Below the pieces are notes generated by a model that was not told where the DNA came from, searched no databases, and saw only the letters and a program-made list of their open reading frames with translations. A DNA stretch of 62,967 bases, counting the filler, from Lenisia limosa (taxonomy: Eukaryota > Protista > Breviatea), in assembly GCA_001655205.1 (NCBI GenBank). It is 13 parts of 13 records of this genome, joined end to end, with 100 filler letters (N's around TTAATTAATTAA, not from the genome) between each part and the next. Parts side by side here need not be neighbours in the genome. Positions count along the whole stretch, not along the records: positions 38,764 to 40,510 come from LPNZ01004219.1; positions 40,611 to 42,067 come from LPNZ01010098.1; positions 42,168 to 55,668 come from LPNZ01003969.1; 10 more parts are not named here. One strand, written 5' to 3'. This document shows positions 38,941 through 49,510 of the stretch, piece after piece. Within the stretch, counting starts at the first letter, position 1. Every line of letters begins with the position of its first letter. The position numbers and the translations under genes were made by a program.

Positions 38941-40040
38941 TACAGTGAGTTACTTAATGACAAAAAAGTTTTTTGTTATTACTTTTCGTAAAATAGGCCT
39001 TTTTAAGTGTGAAAAAATTGCACCAAAATTCTAAATTTGGCATACATTTTGATTTTTGTCATTCACCAAATTCAACCTTACCTATAAGGCAAATTGGGTT
39101 CACTAAAAAATGGCATATTTTGACCCATTTTGTGGTTTTTTCTACCTGCACTTTTTCAAAAACATTTTTGGAAAATGAAATTTTTTTTGATCCATATTTA
39201 ATCCTGGTTTGTATTGATTGATAATAGTCCTTTTTGTACATTTTTAGTAATTATTAAGAATATGGGAGGAGCAAATCCAAAGAATGGCACCTTTCTAAAG
39301 GTCAAGTTTACGGTTTGGCACGTGCTGCTTTGTCTCCATTAAAAGTTGTTCGAAAAATGAAAGGCTCTCAGCTCACCATTTCTAAAAGAATTATCGCTGG
39401 TGCAAAGAAGCCTCTGATGAAACTGAACGTATTAACGGCAAACCTATTGGAAGACCACGCACAACTTTAAAAGATGAAGATACTCGAATTGTGGAGAAAG
39501 TCACCTCTGAACCCTTGAAGCCTGTGTAACTGAACACAAGAAGGAGCTTGAAGACGAAGGAGTCGCCGCTTCAGAGCGCATCATGCGATTATTAAGATTG
39601 GAGGAAGCCAGCTATTATTGCTATAAAGCAAGGGAAATGCCCTGGGTTTCTGACCACAACAAGGAAAAACGACTGAAGTGGGCTAGCGATAGAGTCAATT
39701 GGACACTTTCCCAATGGTACCTTATAATGTGGACTGATGAGTCAAAGTTCCTGATGGTAATGCTCGTGTTTGGAGGAAGGGTACTGAATGGGATGTAAAA
39801 CACATTGTACTAACTGTGAAGCATGGCGGAGGGCGCGTACTTGTCTGGGGAGCTATCGGTATAGGTGGTGTTGGAAAGTTGTTCCAAGTAAAAGGCATTC
39901 ATTTTAGATATGTCTGAATTTCTTCAACGATGCACCTTACACGTTACTTGACTGGCACGCCCACAGTCCTAAACCCAATTGAGCATGCGTGGCAACTCTT
40001 TGATGACAAACTCCGTGCTTCTTCTGTTAAACCCACTTCT
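38941..40040 (+). pseudogene. Decayed Tc1/mariner-family (Tc1-like) transposase with candidate left terminus TACAGTG at 38941
   Basis: KEKRLKWASDRVNWTLSQWYLIMWTDESKF (first catalytic Asp), then after a frameshift DGNARVWRKG...TVKHGGGRVLVWGAIG, then a deletion to LNPIEHAWQL (catalytic Glu). The middle Asp region is deleted and no right TIR was found. Confidence 0.88.
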
Positions 40041-40610
40041 ATATGATATAGTAATATGATATGGATGATAATATGTAATATATTTTTGTCCAACGTCGAC
40101 CCCCTCCCCCCAGCCAATTTAAACAATGTACATAGTAACATATAAACACATCTACAGACTGCATGCGAGATAGGAAAAGACGGATTACAAGTAAGGGTTC
40201 CTGGGAGAAGGATGCCATCCAGTTGACTGTTTCCAGGATATTTAGAAAAACTGTTTTAAAATATCAGGCAGGCTTTCTCAAATAACAGAACGATTGTGAC
40301 CTTTTGTACATTTTTGATTCTTGAAAATAATCAAAAAATTGGAAATTAGAGTCATGGATTTCGAAAGTTGTCAAGTACAAGCTGTAAAAATTAGGCTTAC
40401 AAATAAAGATATGAGTCAAACTAATACACCGCCCATTTCCATGATAATAGACCCCCTATGGTGGGGGGAGTGAGTTTAATGATGCTGTTTGTGTATTGGG
40501 GGGGGGGGGGNNNNNNNNNNNNNNNNNNNNNNNNNNNNNNNNNNNNNNNNNNNNTTAATTAATTAANNNNNNNNNNNNNNNNNNNNNNNNNNNNNNNNNN
40601 NNNNNNNNNN

Positions 40611-41189
40611 ATGGGTGCCGTCCTGGGATTCTACAGCTCAGTGTGCGTCAGCTCCATGGTTGTTGGCCCGGTTATGTTCGGGTGGGGGGGGGGGATAACG
40701 CAAATTATCATCAACATCAAATATACAAAATAGAAATATTATCAACCCAGCCTCTATGTTTGTGTATCAATAAGAACAATGATACATTTGATTTCATACT
40801 CATTTGAAAAGCAGTTGACTCCAAGTTTGTATTTGGAGCTTGTTTTATGGTGTAGGTTCTTTTACGATTACGGACGACGAATTCCATTCATTATCGATGG
40901 TAGGGCAACCCTGTTATTCTATCCCTCTCACTGAATGTCAGGTGCTTTCCACCTTTTCTCTCTGCTCGTCATCTTTGTGCTTTCGACCCAAAAGATGCCT
41001 GGAAAGGAGGGAAAAGAAGAAGGAAAAGAAGAAGGAAACGAAGAGAAAGAGGGAAAGGACGGAAAAGAAGAAGGAAAGGACGGGGACAAAGATGAGGAAG
41101 AAGGGGAAAACTTAAAAGAAGAAGATGGTGATTCTATACGGCAAAAATTAAACGAAAGCCAGATAAAGGAAAGTGAATCATGTGTCTAG
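40611..41189 (+). CDS. C-terminal fragment of an MFS-like membrane transporter with a Lys/Glu-rich tail
   Basis: MGAVLGFYSSVCVSSMVVGPVMFG / VLYDYGRRIPFIID / GAFHLFSLLVIFVL then KEGKEEG...* resemble final MFS helices. The first junction is off by 1 nt beside a G homopolymer, so the model is imperfect. Confidence 0.5.
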
Positions 41190-41307
41190 CCCCAAGTTCT
41201 TGTTTTAAGTATGGTCTGTATTATACAGTTTTCATGTTAATAGAATAGTAGTACTCCCTCTTCCCTTTTAGTGAAACTAGAAATCTTAATCTCTCACAAA
41301 ACCATAC

Positions 41308-42067
41308 TTAATAGTCATCATCTGACTCACTGTCGCTCATTCTCCGGTGGCTCACGGTGACATCCTTGTAGTCCGACCACAGGTCCACATGCGCATTGTT
41401 CATGAGTGCGTTGTTGACAACCTGCGATGGTTATAGAATGAATCCAGTGTATGGTGTATGTATGCTTATCATGACATTTGTCAGAGCCACCTTTCTGCTA
41501 GAGTTGACGGACGAGGGGTGCGCGGAGTGTGCGGAACTGGCGGGCTATAGGTGTGAAGCAAGAGAATTGAGAGAAAATTGAAGAAATCAAAAGAACATGT
41601 TACGCATTTTATTCCATGACACCTATTCACAAACCTTGGCTGCACTTTCTGTGATCTAAAATGTGAAAACGAAGTACAGAAGAAAAAAACAAGACAAAGA
41701 GATTTCAGGAAGTGTGACCGAATTCATACTTCTTTGGTGTAGTTCTTCCAGTCGCGGTGCACAATAGTGGAGTGGTCATTGGAAGGTCGAACATCCTTTA
41801 ACATCTGAAGGGAAGTCAATGAAATCGAATGTGAAAACTCTTGACTGGATCAAAGGAAGGAAACGCCAGGGTACCCCAACAACACGGACGGCCTGCCTAC
41901 CACGACGTCATCCTCATTGAGGTTTTCTCCATGCTCCATTGCCTGCACATTGTCATGGTGGCGTTCTAGGGTGATCAAAGGAACAGGAATTGCGCAGTGA
42001 TTCCGAAGTTAGTGGTCAACAGGATGGCCAACTTTCAGTACGTGCAGCGTCACGTCGTCTTCTTTGG
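41308..42067 (-). CDS. 3' exons of an unidentified protein (tail-to-tail with the MFS-like fragment)
   Basis: Exons with good splice sites: ERHHDNVQAMEHGENLNEDDVV|MLKDVRPSNDHSTIVHRDWKNYTKE|...|VVNNALMNNAHVDLWSDYKDVTVSHRRMSDSESDDDY* (TAA ends at 41308). Confidence 0.55.
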
Positions 42068-42779
42068 NNNNNNNNNNNNNNNNNNNNNNNNNNNNNNNNN
42101 NNNNNNNNNNNTTAATTAATTAANNNNNNNNNNNNNNNNNNNNNNNNNNNNNNNNNNNNNNNNNNNNGCCCCTGGCAAGCTTCGGCAAGGGCCAGGCCCA
42201 GGGTGGAGGGGTATAGGTAGCCGTCCTGGGGGGATAAAGGTGAAGGGGGAATAATATGGAGGGGCATAGAGCACACCAAAATTACATACCGATAAATTAT
42301 GTCCCAAAGTGGTAACTTCGCTCCATTTGAGCCATTTTACCGGTAACTGATTTTTGGTGTTGTGTATGTGCCCACCCAATATTATAAGGGGGGAGAAGAG
42401 AATCGAAGGAGACAGAATAGTGCCGAGGGTGAGGGAATTGTGATTGTGAAGGAGGGAGTTTGTGAAGGNNNNNNNNNNNNNNNNNNNNNNNNNNNNNNNN
42501 NNNNNNNNNNNNNNNNNNNNNNNNNNNNNNNNNNNNNNNNNNNNNNNNNNNNNNNNNNNNNNNGGGAGTGACAAGGGTTTGACTTGTTTTGTTCTAACTC
42601 GTAGCGTACTGATTCTTAATAACACTAGAGGGATTCTCGTGAACCCAATGGGTTTGCTTCAGCAATCATTTCAAAAAGACAAGAGTTTACCCTCCATCCA
42701 ACCCATCCATACAGTATTTTGAGGGTGGGGGAGGTAGAGTGTACAAACTCCTTCACATTGCCATCCCAAACCCACGCTC

Positions 42780-45700
42780 TCTTTCATTACGTACTGACGG
42801 TCTTGAATAGTCTCAATGTGTCCCGCCATTGTGGCATCAGTTCCTGCGTAGTGATGGATATGGGGGCTATGAGTATGAGATCTACAGGAAACATATTACC
42901 ACACCGAAGCCGTCAACACCATCAACAACATCACCGAAGCCATCAAAACCATAACAACATCACCAAAGCGTCAACACCGTCAACATCACCAATACTCTCA
43001 CCAATACTATGACTGTCCATTGCCTGGAGTAATTCGGCTTCTGTCAGCATCTCAGGAGCAGAGGTACTACCTGTGGAAATGAGAAATCAAAAAGAGGTAT
43101 CCGGTTGAAGCCTACAGCATCCAATATCATCTTTAAAACAGGGCTTCAGAAGACTCAGTTCTCAATCCAGCATATTGTCAATCACCCCATACAGTTGCAT
43201 TTCCTCCTAACATGGCTGTAGTACAAATATATCGTATAGTAATATGATATCATATCAAACCTTCATGCAGTATCAGACTTTTGGGGTGAATTCGCTCTCC
43301 GATCTAAGGTGTCAAAAACATCCAATTTTCCTATTTAGGGGTCAGAAACTTCAATTTACCTTGACCGCTCACTCTCAATAATAACAACAATATAATAACA
43401 ACAATAGCAACAAATGGATTATCACTCCTTTCCTTTTGTTTATCCACCAATTCTTCAGAACTATTAGACAGACACAAACCCCCAAAGCTTCGGTCATATA
43501 CTATAAGACTTCTCATTTGCACATCAAAATACCTATGAAGCAAATGCCTTAACGAACACTCCACCAACATGCATGAGAGGGATGGTTTTGTCCCCCCATT
43601 TGTGGTAGGGGTAGACGTCCAGGTAGTTTCGCTCGCGGATCATAAGGCCACTTGCTGCAAAGGACTCGTCCCCGCAGGCGAATGTTACTGTTGTCGTGTC
43701 CCCCTGGTAGTAAGAAAATTGTTGGGGAGGGGCGAGTAAAATTGGAAAGTTTATGAAACAAAAAAATGCCCAAAATCAACTCTGAAGGGTTGAGAACAAC
43801 AAAACAAGCAAAGCCCGGGCCAGTCGCTTCTGCAGCAACGCATCCCTCTACTCCGGAATTCGAATGATCCTGGTCCTACCACAGCGTCTTTATGGCAAGT
43901 GGCTAGGAATGACCGGGTAATGAACTCGTATATACGCCTCTCATCCTGGGGGGTCAAAGAATAACCAGGGTTTCCCTCGGTCCAAAAAAAGACCGTCTAA
44001 AATCCATATTTATCTTTTGCCAATATCGAAATTTCCTTCTTTCACCCCCCCCCCCCNNNNNNNNNNNNNNNNNNNNNNNNNNNNNNNNNNNNNNNNNNNN
44101 NNNNNNNNNNNNNNNNNNNNNNNNNNNNNNNNNNNNNNNNNNNNNNNNNNNNNNNNNNNNNNNNNNNNNNTGCGCTTCATCAGAAGACCTGCCTTTAGAC
44201 GGAGGCGACAGCTGGCCATTCAACAATCTAGGTTAGGAAATCAAGATACCGAGTAGCAAATTCGCCCCAATTTGGGTGTCCAGTTTGTTTTGAAATGAGG
44301 CCGGTGAAGTCGAAGCCCTCAGGGTAGATGTTTGTTTCCGTTCGAGGGTAAGAGATTAAAGTTCGCTGGTACATTTTCTCGCACATCTATAGGGACGTGA
44401 AAAGTGTGAAATAGGTACACTCACTGCGATAAGTCCTGACACGATGAGAGAAAGCTCAATATGTCAGGACTTATCGCGGTCACTGTAGGTATGTCAGCTG
44501 TTCACAGATACCCCAAAACTTAGCGGGAAATCCGCTCAGTTTAATTTCCCATTCTTACCTATAATAAATCAATAATAAGTCTAGTCTGGATAGACTACTA
44601 GTAAGATTTCATTTATGATATCTGTAAATAGAAAGAGAATCCCATTTACATCGAGGCAATTTTTGGCCGAAATGTGATATTTTCTTGCCATCTGCTTCTG
44701 TAGTTCAATCGTGGTAAGGGGCCAAGGCCGACTGCAGGGTCAAAAAAAACAAACAAACGGGGAAAACAAAGAAGACAACAAAAAAGCCCCCCTCCATAAT
44801 TAAGAATCCTGACCCCCCTCCATAATTAAGAATCCTGACCCCCCCCCAAGACCCCGGCCCACAATTTTCTTGCAGGTTTGCAGTCGACATTTGCCACGTA
44901 GAAACCGTGCTGTTCTGCATTATGTAGACAGTCCTCGTAGAAAATTGTGGCAGCAACCCGGTCGAATACCCGCCCTCGTTGGGCTGTCATTTTCATGGTA
45001 TCTGGGGAAGTAAAAATGGAAAGTTGTATAAAAACAAAAAAACCAAATCAACTATTGACCTCACATTTGAGCTTACTATTCATTATTCAAGCATGACAAC
45101 ATAATTATTATTTAAGCACGGCTTACTGTTGTCTTTGGTGACTTCCGCATTAATAGTCCAAAAATTCTCCTGAACAAATAAGTTGCAGGGTTACAACTAT
45201 TTACACGCCAATAGACACAGAGAAACACATATATTTATATATATATAATTATATAATACAATTATGTCCCAGAATGTAGGGCATCAGCAAACCGGTATAA
45301 AGGCCTTGACAGCTTTGAACCGTGCAACGACAAAGCCAAGGGTAGGGAACTGGCATGGGCCTAAAGTGTGACGATACATTGAACTGGTCGTCCTAATAAT
45401 AAATGAAGATTCAAGAATGTGACGTGAATGTGGTAGCAAGACAATCATCTAATATCAAAAAGAAATGACACCGAAGCTCACCATAAGAAAGAGCTTTCAA
45501 TTGGGAAGTTTCTTCAAACTTATCTTTGAAGGACATTGTTAAAAATCGGGTGAAGGAGGCTCCAATTCTAGTACTTTTAACGAAGACAAAAAATAATCGT
45601 AAATAGAACCGAAACCAAGTACATATTTTATTTAATAAAAGCAATTATTATTGAAATAAGAGAGCAGGTACCACTGAGTGATGGACTAAAATGTACAAAG

Positions 45701-47650
45701 ATCAGATTGAAGAGGTTTTTCAATTATTACTATGACTGTGGTAAGCTTGGCACTTCCCCCTATTATTGTCCCAGATCTGCCACATATCCATTTTATGTCA
45801 TCCTCATTTTATGTCATCCTCATTTTATGTCATCCTCATTTTATGTCATCCTCATTTTATGTCATCCTCATTTTGTGTCATCCTCATTTTATGTCATCCT
45901 CACCGTAAGTCCATCTCTTGCCTGGCCATAACTGCGTCCGACTGGGGTTTGTTGGGGATTTGCAGCGTTCGAATTGCGGTGAAGACCTCCCGTTCAATTA
46001 CGGCCGAAAATCTACCAGGATTACAACAGAATGCAGGCAGAGGTGAAAAGATAACAGTAGAGGAAAAAAGCTGAAAAAATATTGGCAAAAGTTTGAAATG
46101 AGAGGAAGAAAAAAAGAGGAAGAAAGCTAAAGATAATGTAGAATAATGCTGTAGGAATACTATTTGGTAAGAACGCTACAAACAAATTGATGGTGAAATT
46201 TACCATTGATGAAATAGGTTATGAAGAGCAAATATCAGATTATTATTGTTAATATTGACTCTTTGTTTTACAAAACCAAGTGTAGACCTTATGGAAGCCC
46301 TAATTATGAAAGAGTATATCTGTTTCCAGCTATGAGGGGAACAAAAAGACTGAATTTATCGATAATCGATATTTTCACAGTCTTTTTAGGACCGTAGAGA
46401 AGCCTTATGCAAAATATAAGCACTCGCAGCTCCGACTTTGCTCTCTTGACAACCAATCTTGGGTTGACACTGAGACAAAGGTCCATGACTTCAAAGCCAA
46501 TGTTTTCTCCTTCTAAATCGCAATCCAACCTGCGGGAGGGGAAAGAGATAAATCGTAAGGAAGGACGAAAGTAAATTGGAACTCATGCTCTTGTTGGGGG
46601 GGGGGGGCAAACCGGCAATTNNNNNNNNNNNNNNNNNNNNNNNNNNNNNNNNNNNNNNNNNNNNNNNNNNNNNNNNNNNNNNNAAACATCGTCCACCAGA
46701 AGATTCAAAACATCGCCCACCATAAGATTCAAAACATCGCCCATCATAAGATTCAAAAACATCGCCCACCATAACATCCAAAACATCGCCCATCATAAGA
46801 TTCAAAACATCGCCCACCATAAGATCAGCATCTGACATTGGCGACTAAGACGGACTAAATTGGTTTCAAGCTCTTTCATATCCTGTAGCAGTTAAAGATT
46901 AGTATCGTATTGAAGTCAATGTGCGAGCATATTGCTTACATTCATGATAATTATTTGATCAAAGTGCCACTATGATCTTACAATGTAACTCACCTTTTTC
47001 ACTTCGTACTTCATAGGAGCCTCAAATAAACTCTCTGGGGGGACTGAAGTCCATTTTTGATACGGCGGCGTGAATTCAAGCTAAATTTATCAAGATATGG
47101 CTCTAATAAAGTGGAATAATGTGGTGTTGAAAGGATAGAAGATTCTCATTTCCAAACAAAAGATGACGACCTAATATGTTAACCCATGTCCATTAGTGAT
47201 ATAATACGAGTGGAGATGAGGTACCATATCACTGTGTGACAAATGAATGTTCACACGGGTGAAAAAAGACTCCAAAAGTGATGTGCGGCATGATACTGGC
47301 TTCAGACCTCCTTCAAATGGCCTCGGATGCTTGTAAACATCATTTCCGTCTGATTGTTCTCGATGTTGCAGTTGAACTGCCAAACAGGGTTGAATTTGGA
47401 GTCACTGCGGATCTGTGGGGTCAATTTCCTGGGTTCTTAATGTCAACTATCTATTCATGAATTTCCCCCAACCAGTCCTTCACTGTTCCCTTACGGTATT
47501 GAACAGTCCTTCACTATTTCCCCTTACGGTATTGAACAGTCCTTCACTATTCCCCCTTACGGTATTGGGGCGGCCGCCGCCACAGAGGATTCGAGCCGCC
47601 TCTTTTGCCACAGAAGGCTTCTCAGCGACATTGAGTGTTCGCATCACCAT
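42780..47650 (-). CDS. TOP3A: DNA topoisomerase III alpha, multi-exon; C-terminal part not resolved
   Basis: MVMRTLNVAEKPSVAK; MFTSIRGHL; WLDCDLEGENIGFEV (TOPRIM); RQEMDLR/RIGASFTRF; SYG/PCQFPTLGFVVARF; ISYPRTET (catalytic Tyr, ~44360); DEAH; IYEFITRSFLA; RNYLDVYPY; LTEAEL; SIG/TDATMAGHIETIQDRQYV. CQFPTLGFVV and GTDAT favour alpha over beta. Confidence 0.95.
43735..43860 (-). repeat. Dispersed non-TIR repeat family B (~140 bp), here filling most of a TOP3A intron
   Basis: Consensus GATGGGATGCGGTGCTGCAGAAGCGACTGGCCTGGGCTTTGTTTGTTTTGTTGTTATCAACC...CAGCCAACAGAGTTGATTTTGGGC. Copies or parts at 28942-28990(-), 31247-31380(+), 32843-32870(-), 36845-36897(+), 37579-37665(+), 38620-38663(+), 45010-45058(-), 53300-53408(+), 58945-59020(+), 59684-59755(-). 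Confidence 0.85.
44416..44487. mobile_element. Tc1/mariner-type MITE family D (TIR CAGTGACCGCGATAAGTCCTGACA) in a TOP3A intron
   Basis: CTGCGATAAGTCCTGACA...TGTCAGGACTTATCGCGGTCACTGTA. Related ends at 26537 (TACAGTGACCGTGATAAG), 26951-27014, 35147-35172 (GACTTATCCCGGTCACTGTA), ~52349, 57397-57450. TA|CAGTG termini are characteristic of Tc1-like elements. Confidence 0.75.
45789..45902. repeat. 16-bp minisatellite, about 7 copies, starting at a TOP3A splice donor
   Basis: CATTTTATGTCATCCT units abutting the minus-strand GTGAGG donor. Confidence 0.92.
46684..46826. repeat. 24-bp minisatellite, about 6 copies, whose unit spans a TOP3A exon/intron junction
   Basis: AAAACATCGCCCA(C/T)CATAAGATTC; on the minus strand TCTTATG|GTGGGCGATG. 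Confidence 0.92.
47473..47567. repeat. ~32-bp tandem repeat x3 containing the TOP3A first-intron donor
   Basis: CAGTCCTTCACTATTTCCCTTACGGTATTGAA; on the minus strand AATACC|GTAAGG in each unit. Confidence 0.9.
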
Positions 47651-49510
47651 CTTGTGTCACTAAGAGGGGGGAGGTAAAAAAATGGGAACTTATGAAACCA
47701 AAAAACACCGAAACTAATAACATAACGCAAAAAAACAAAAAAAAAACAGAAGTAAACACTGACAATCAACTGTGTTCTGACAAACTGGTGTTTCCATTTG
47801 TATCTATATTTTGCTTTATTTATTCCTCTCTCCATAGAAAGTCCTTTAGTTTTAAAGTATTTCGTTAAATCTGTCAAAGCACCAACAACCACAATACGTT
47901 ATTGCAACCGTTTTTCCATGAAAATACAATTCCTGTTAGGGGAGTGAATCAGGAGAAGATGGGATTGCATATTTAATAGGAACCAAACCCAAGAGTGTTT
48001 CATTTTGCTATACCAAAGAAAGGAAGTGAAGATGGGGATAGAATAGTGCCTGCTGCCGAGTAAATAAGCTCAAGTGATGAAAGAGAAATGAATATCATTG
48101 AGCAAAAGATACAAACAAACTGTTAACTCACATGGGACTTTCTCTCTTTGATGTATTTACATCCTTGGGTGGTACGAGCAAGTTTATTCTGTGAGTGGAG
48201 TCGATACAATCCAAGGGTCACATGAAGGAGGTGGTCTGAAAGAATGAAGAGCGTATTCTGGATATTGCGCGTTTGTTTTCTTATAAAACGGGTTGAATGC
48301 TTCTATTTGACATGAAGAGGCCTTGTGCAGCGGTTAGCGAAGAGTTTCTATCAAAGAGATCTTTGATCTTTGGACTGTTTTCACCAAAAATTTTCGCCGC
48401 TTCTCGCCTTTTCCGCACTCTCAACGCTAAATTACACGTTATTATATAAAGGAATGTATTGTTACCAGGAATTGGCGATTTCGCGTTGACCACCTTGAGA
48501 TAGACCGCAGCCATGTCCGAGTCTGGTAAGGCCTGGGTTGTTGCGGTTTTTCTGATGGTTTAGTGGAGGGCTATGAAGTGTTTCGGTCCTTGAAGGTAAG
48601 ATAAAAGGGGTTTCAGGTGTGGGCAACGTATGAGCAAGCCAAGATCAATCTCTTTCAGTTCTATGTGTTTTTTTCTACCGTTTATTATGATGATCTTCGC
48701 TTCAAGATCACTTCACCATTTTTATCTGAATCACAACGCCTTTTCTTTCATCAAATAACTATGTTATTAAAATATCTGAATCTTTATCTTTTTGTGTATG
48801 AGATCCAGTTTTTGGCAGCACATAACCCCTCTTAGACACATTGGGTTGAGACTGGGAAGTTGAAAAGCCCCACGCAGTCTCCAAGAGGATCTGTTAGATC
48901 AAGGTCAAGCTCGCTTGAAAACATTCCTCCTTATGGTTTGATGGGATGATGATAATCAATCTTTCATCTCTTTTGTCAACAGGTTTCCCTGTTTCCTATT
49001 ATTCTTAGAAGCACCCCCCCCCTTGTTCACGTTAATAACCCTCCCAACTTCTTTATTGTTATTAGTCAATCCTCCTGTTGAAGAGCACAGTGATATAAAC
49101 ACTTTCAAGAGGGACTCAATTTCATCAGAAACATCCTTCCATTCTTATGGTAAGAGTTATCCTGAATGTTAATGATGAATAGCATCGTATATTATAGGGG
49201 TTAGGGTGGGGTTTTTTGGTGAGAGTTTCCGGTTCCTAATACTAGAACTTAATTTTGGATTGAAAGCTGCAGCTATCGATATGATATGGCATTGTTGTGG
49301 CAAGCTTTAGATAATATTGTTTTTCATTGGATGAATATGATGATGTTTCTATTAGATTACACGTATTTTATTATGTTTCAATCATACATCACATTGTCGC
49401 TTCTTTTTTTGTGTAGTTTGCTGTTTTCTCTTTTCTAGTGGTTGGATTGCTGTCTTCTCTTTTCTAGTGGTTGGATTGGTACCTTGGCCAAAACGAGTGA
49501 TGCAAACGAG

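Noticed and set aside
42168-42720. Continuation of TOP3A (FxPTxLG and zinc-ribbon region)
   Set aside because: Only a weak TTLG match across an N gap; no convincing exon, so the TOP3A 3' end is left open.
48281-49150. Minus-strand hypothetical gene between TOP3A and the coiled-coil gene
   Set aside because: Some exon-like pieces exist but frames could not be joined unambiguously and no family is recognisable.
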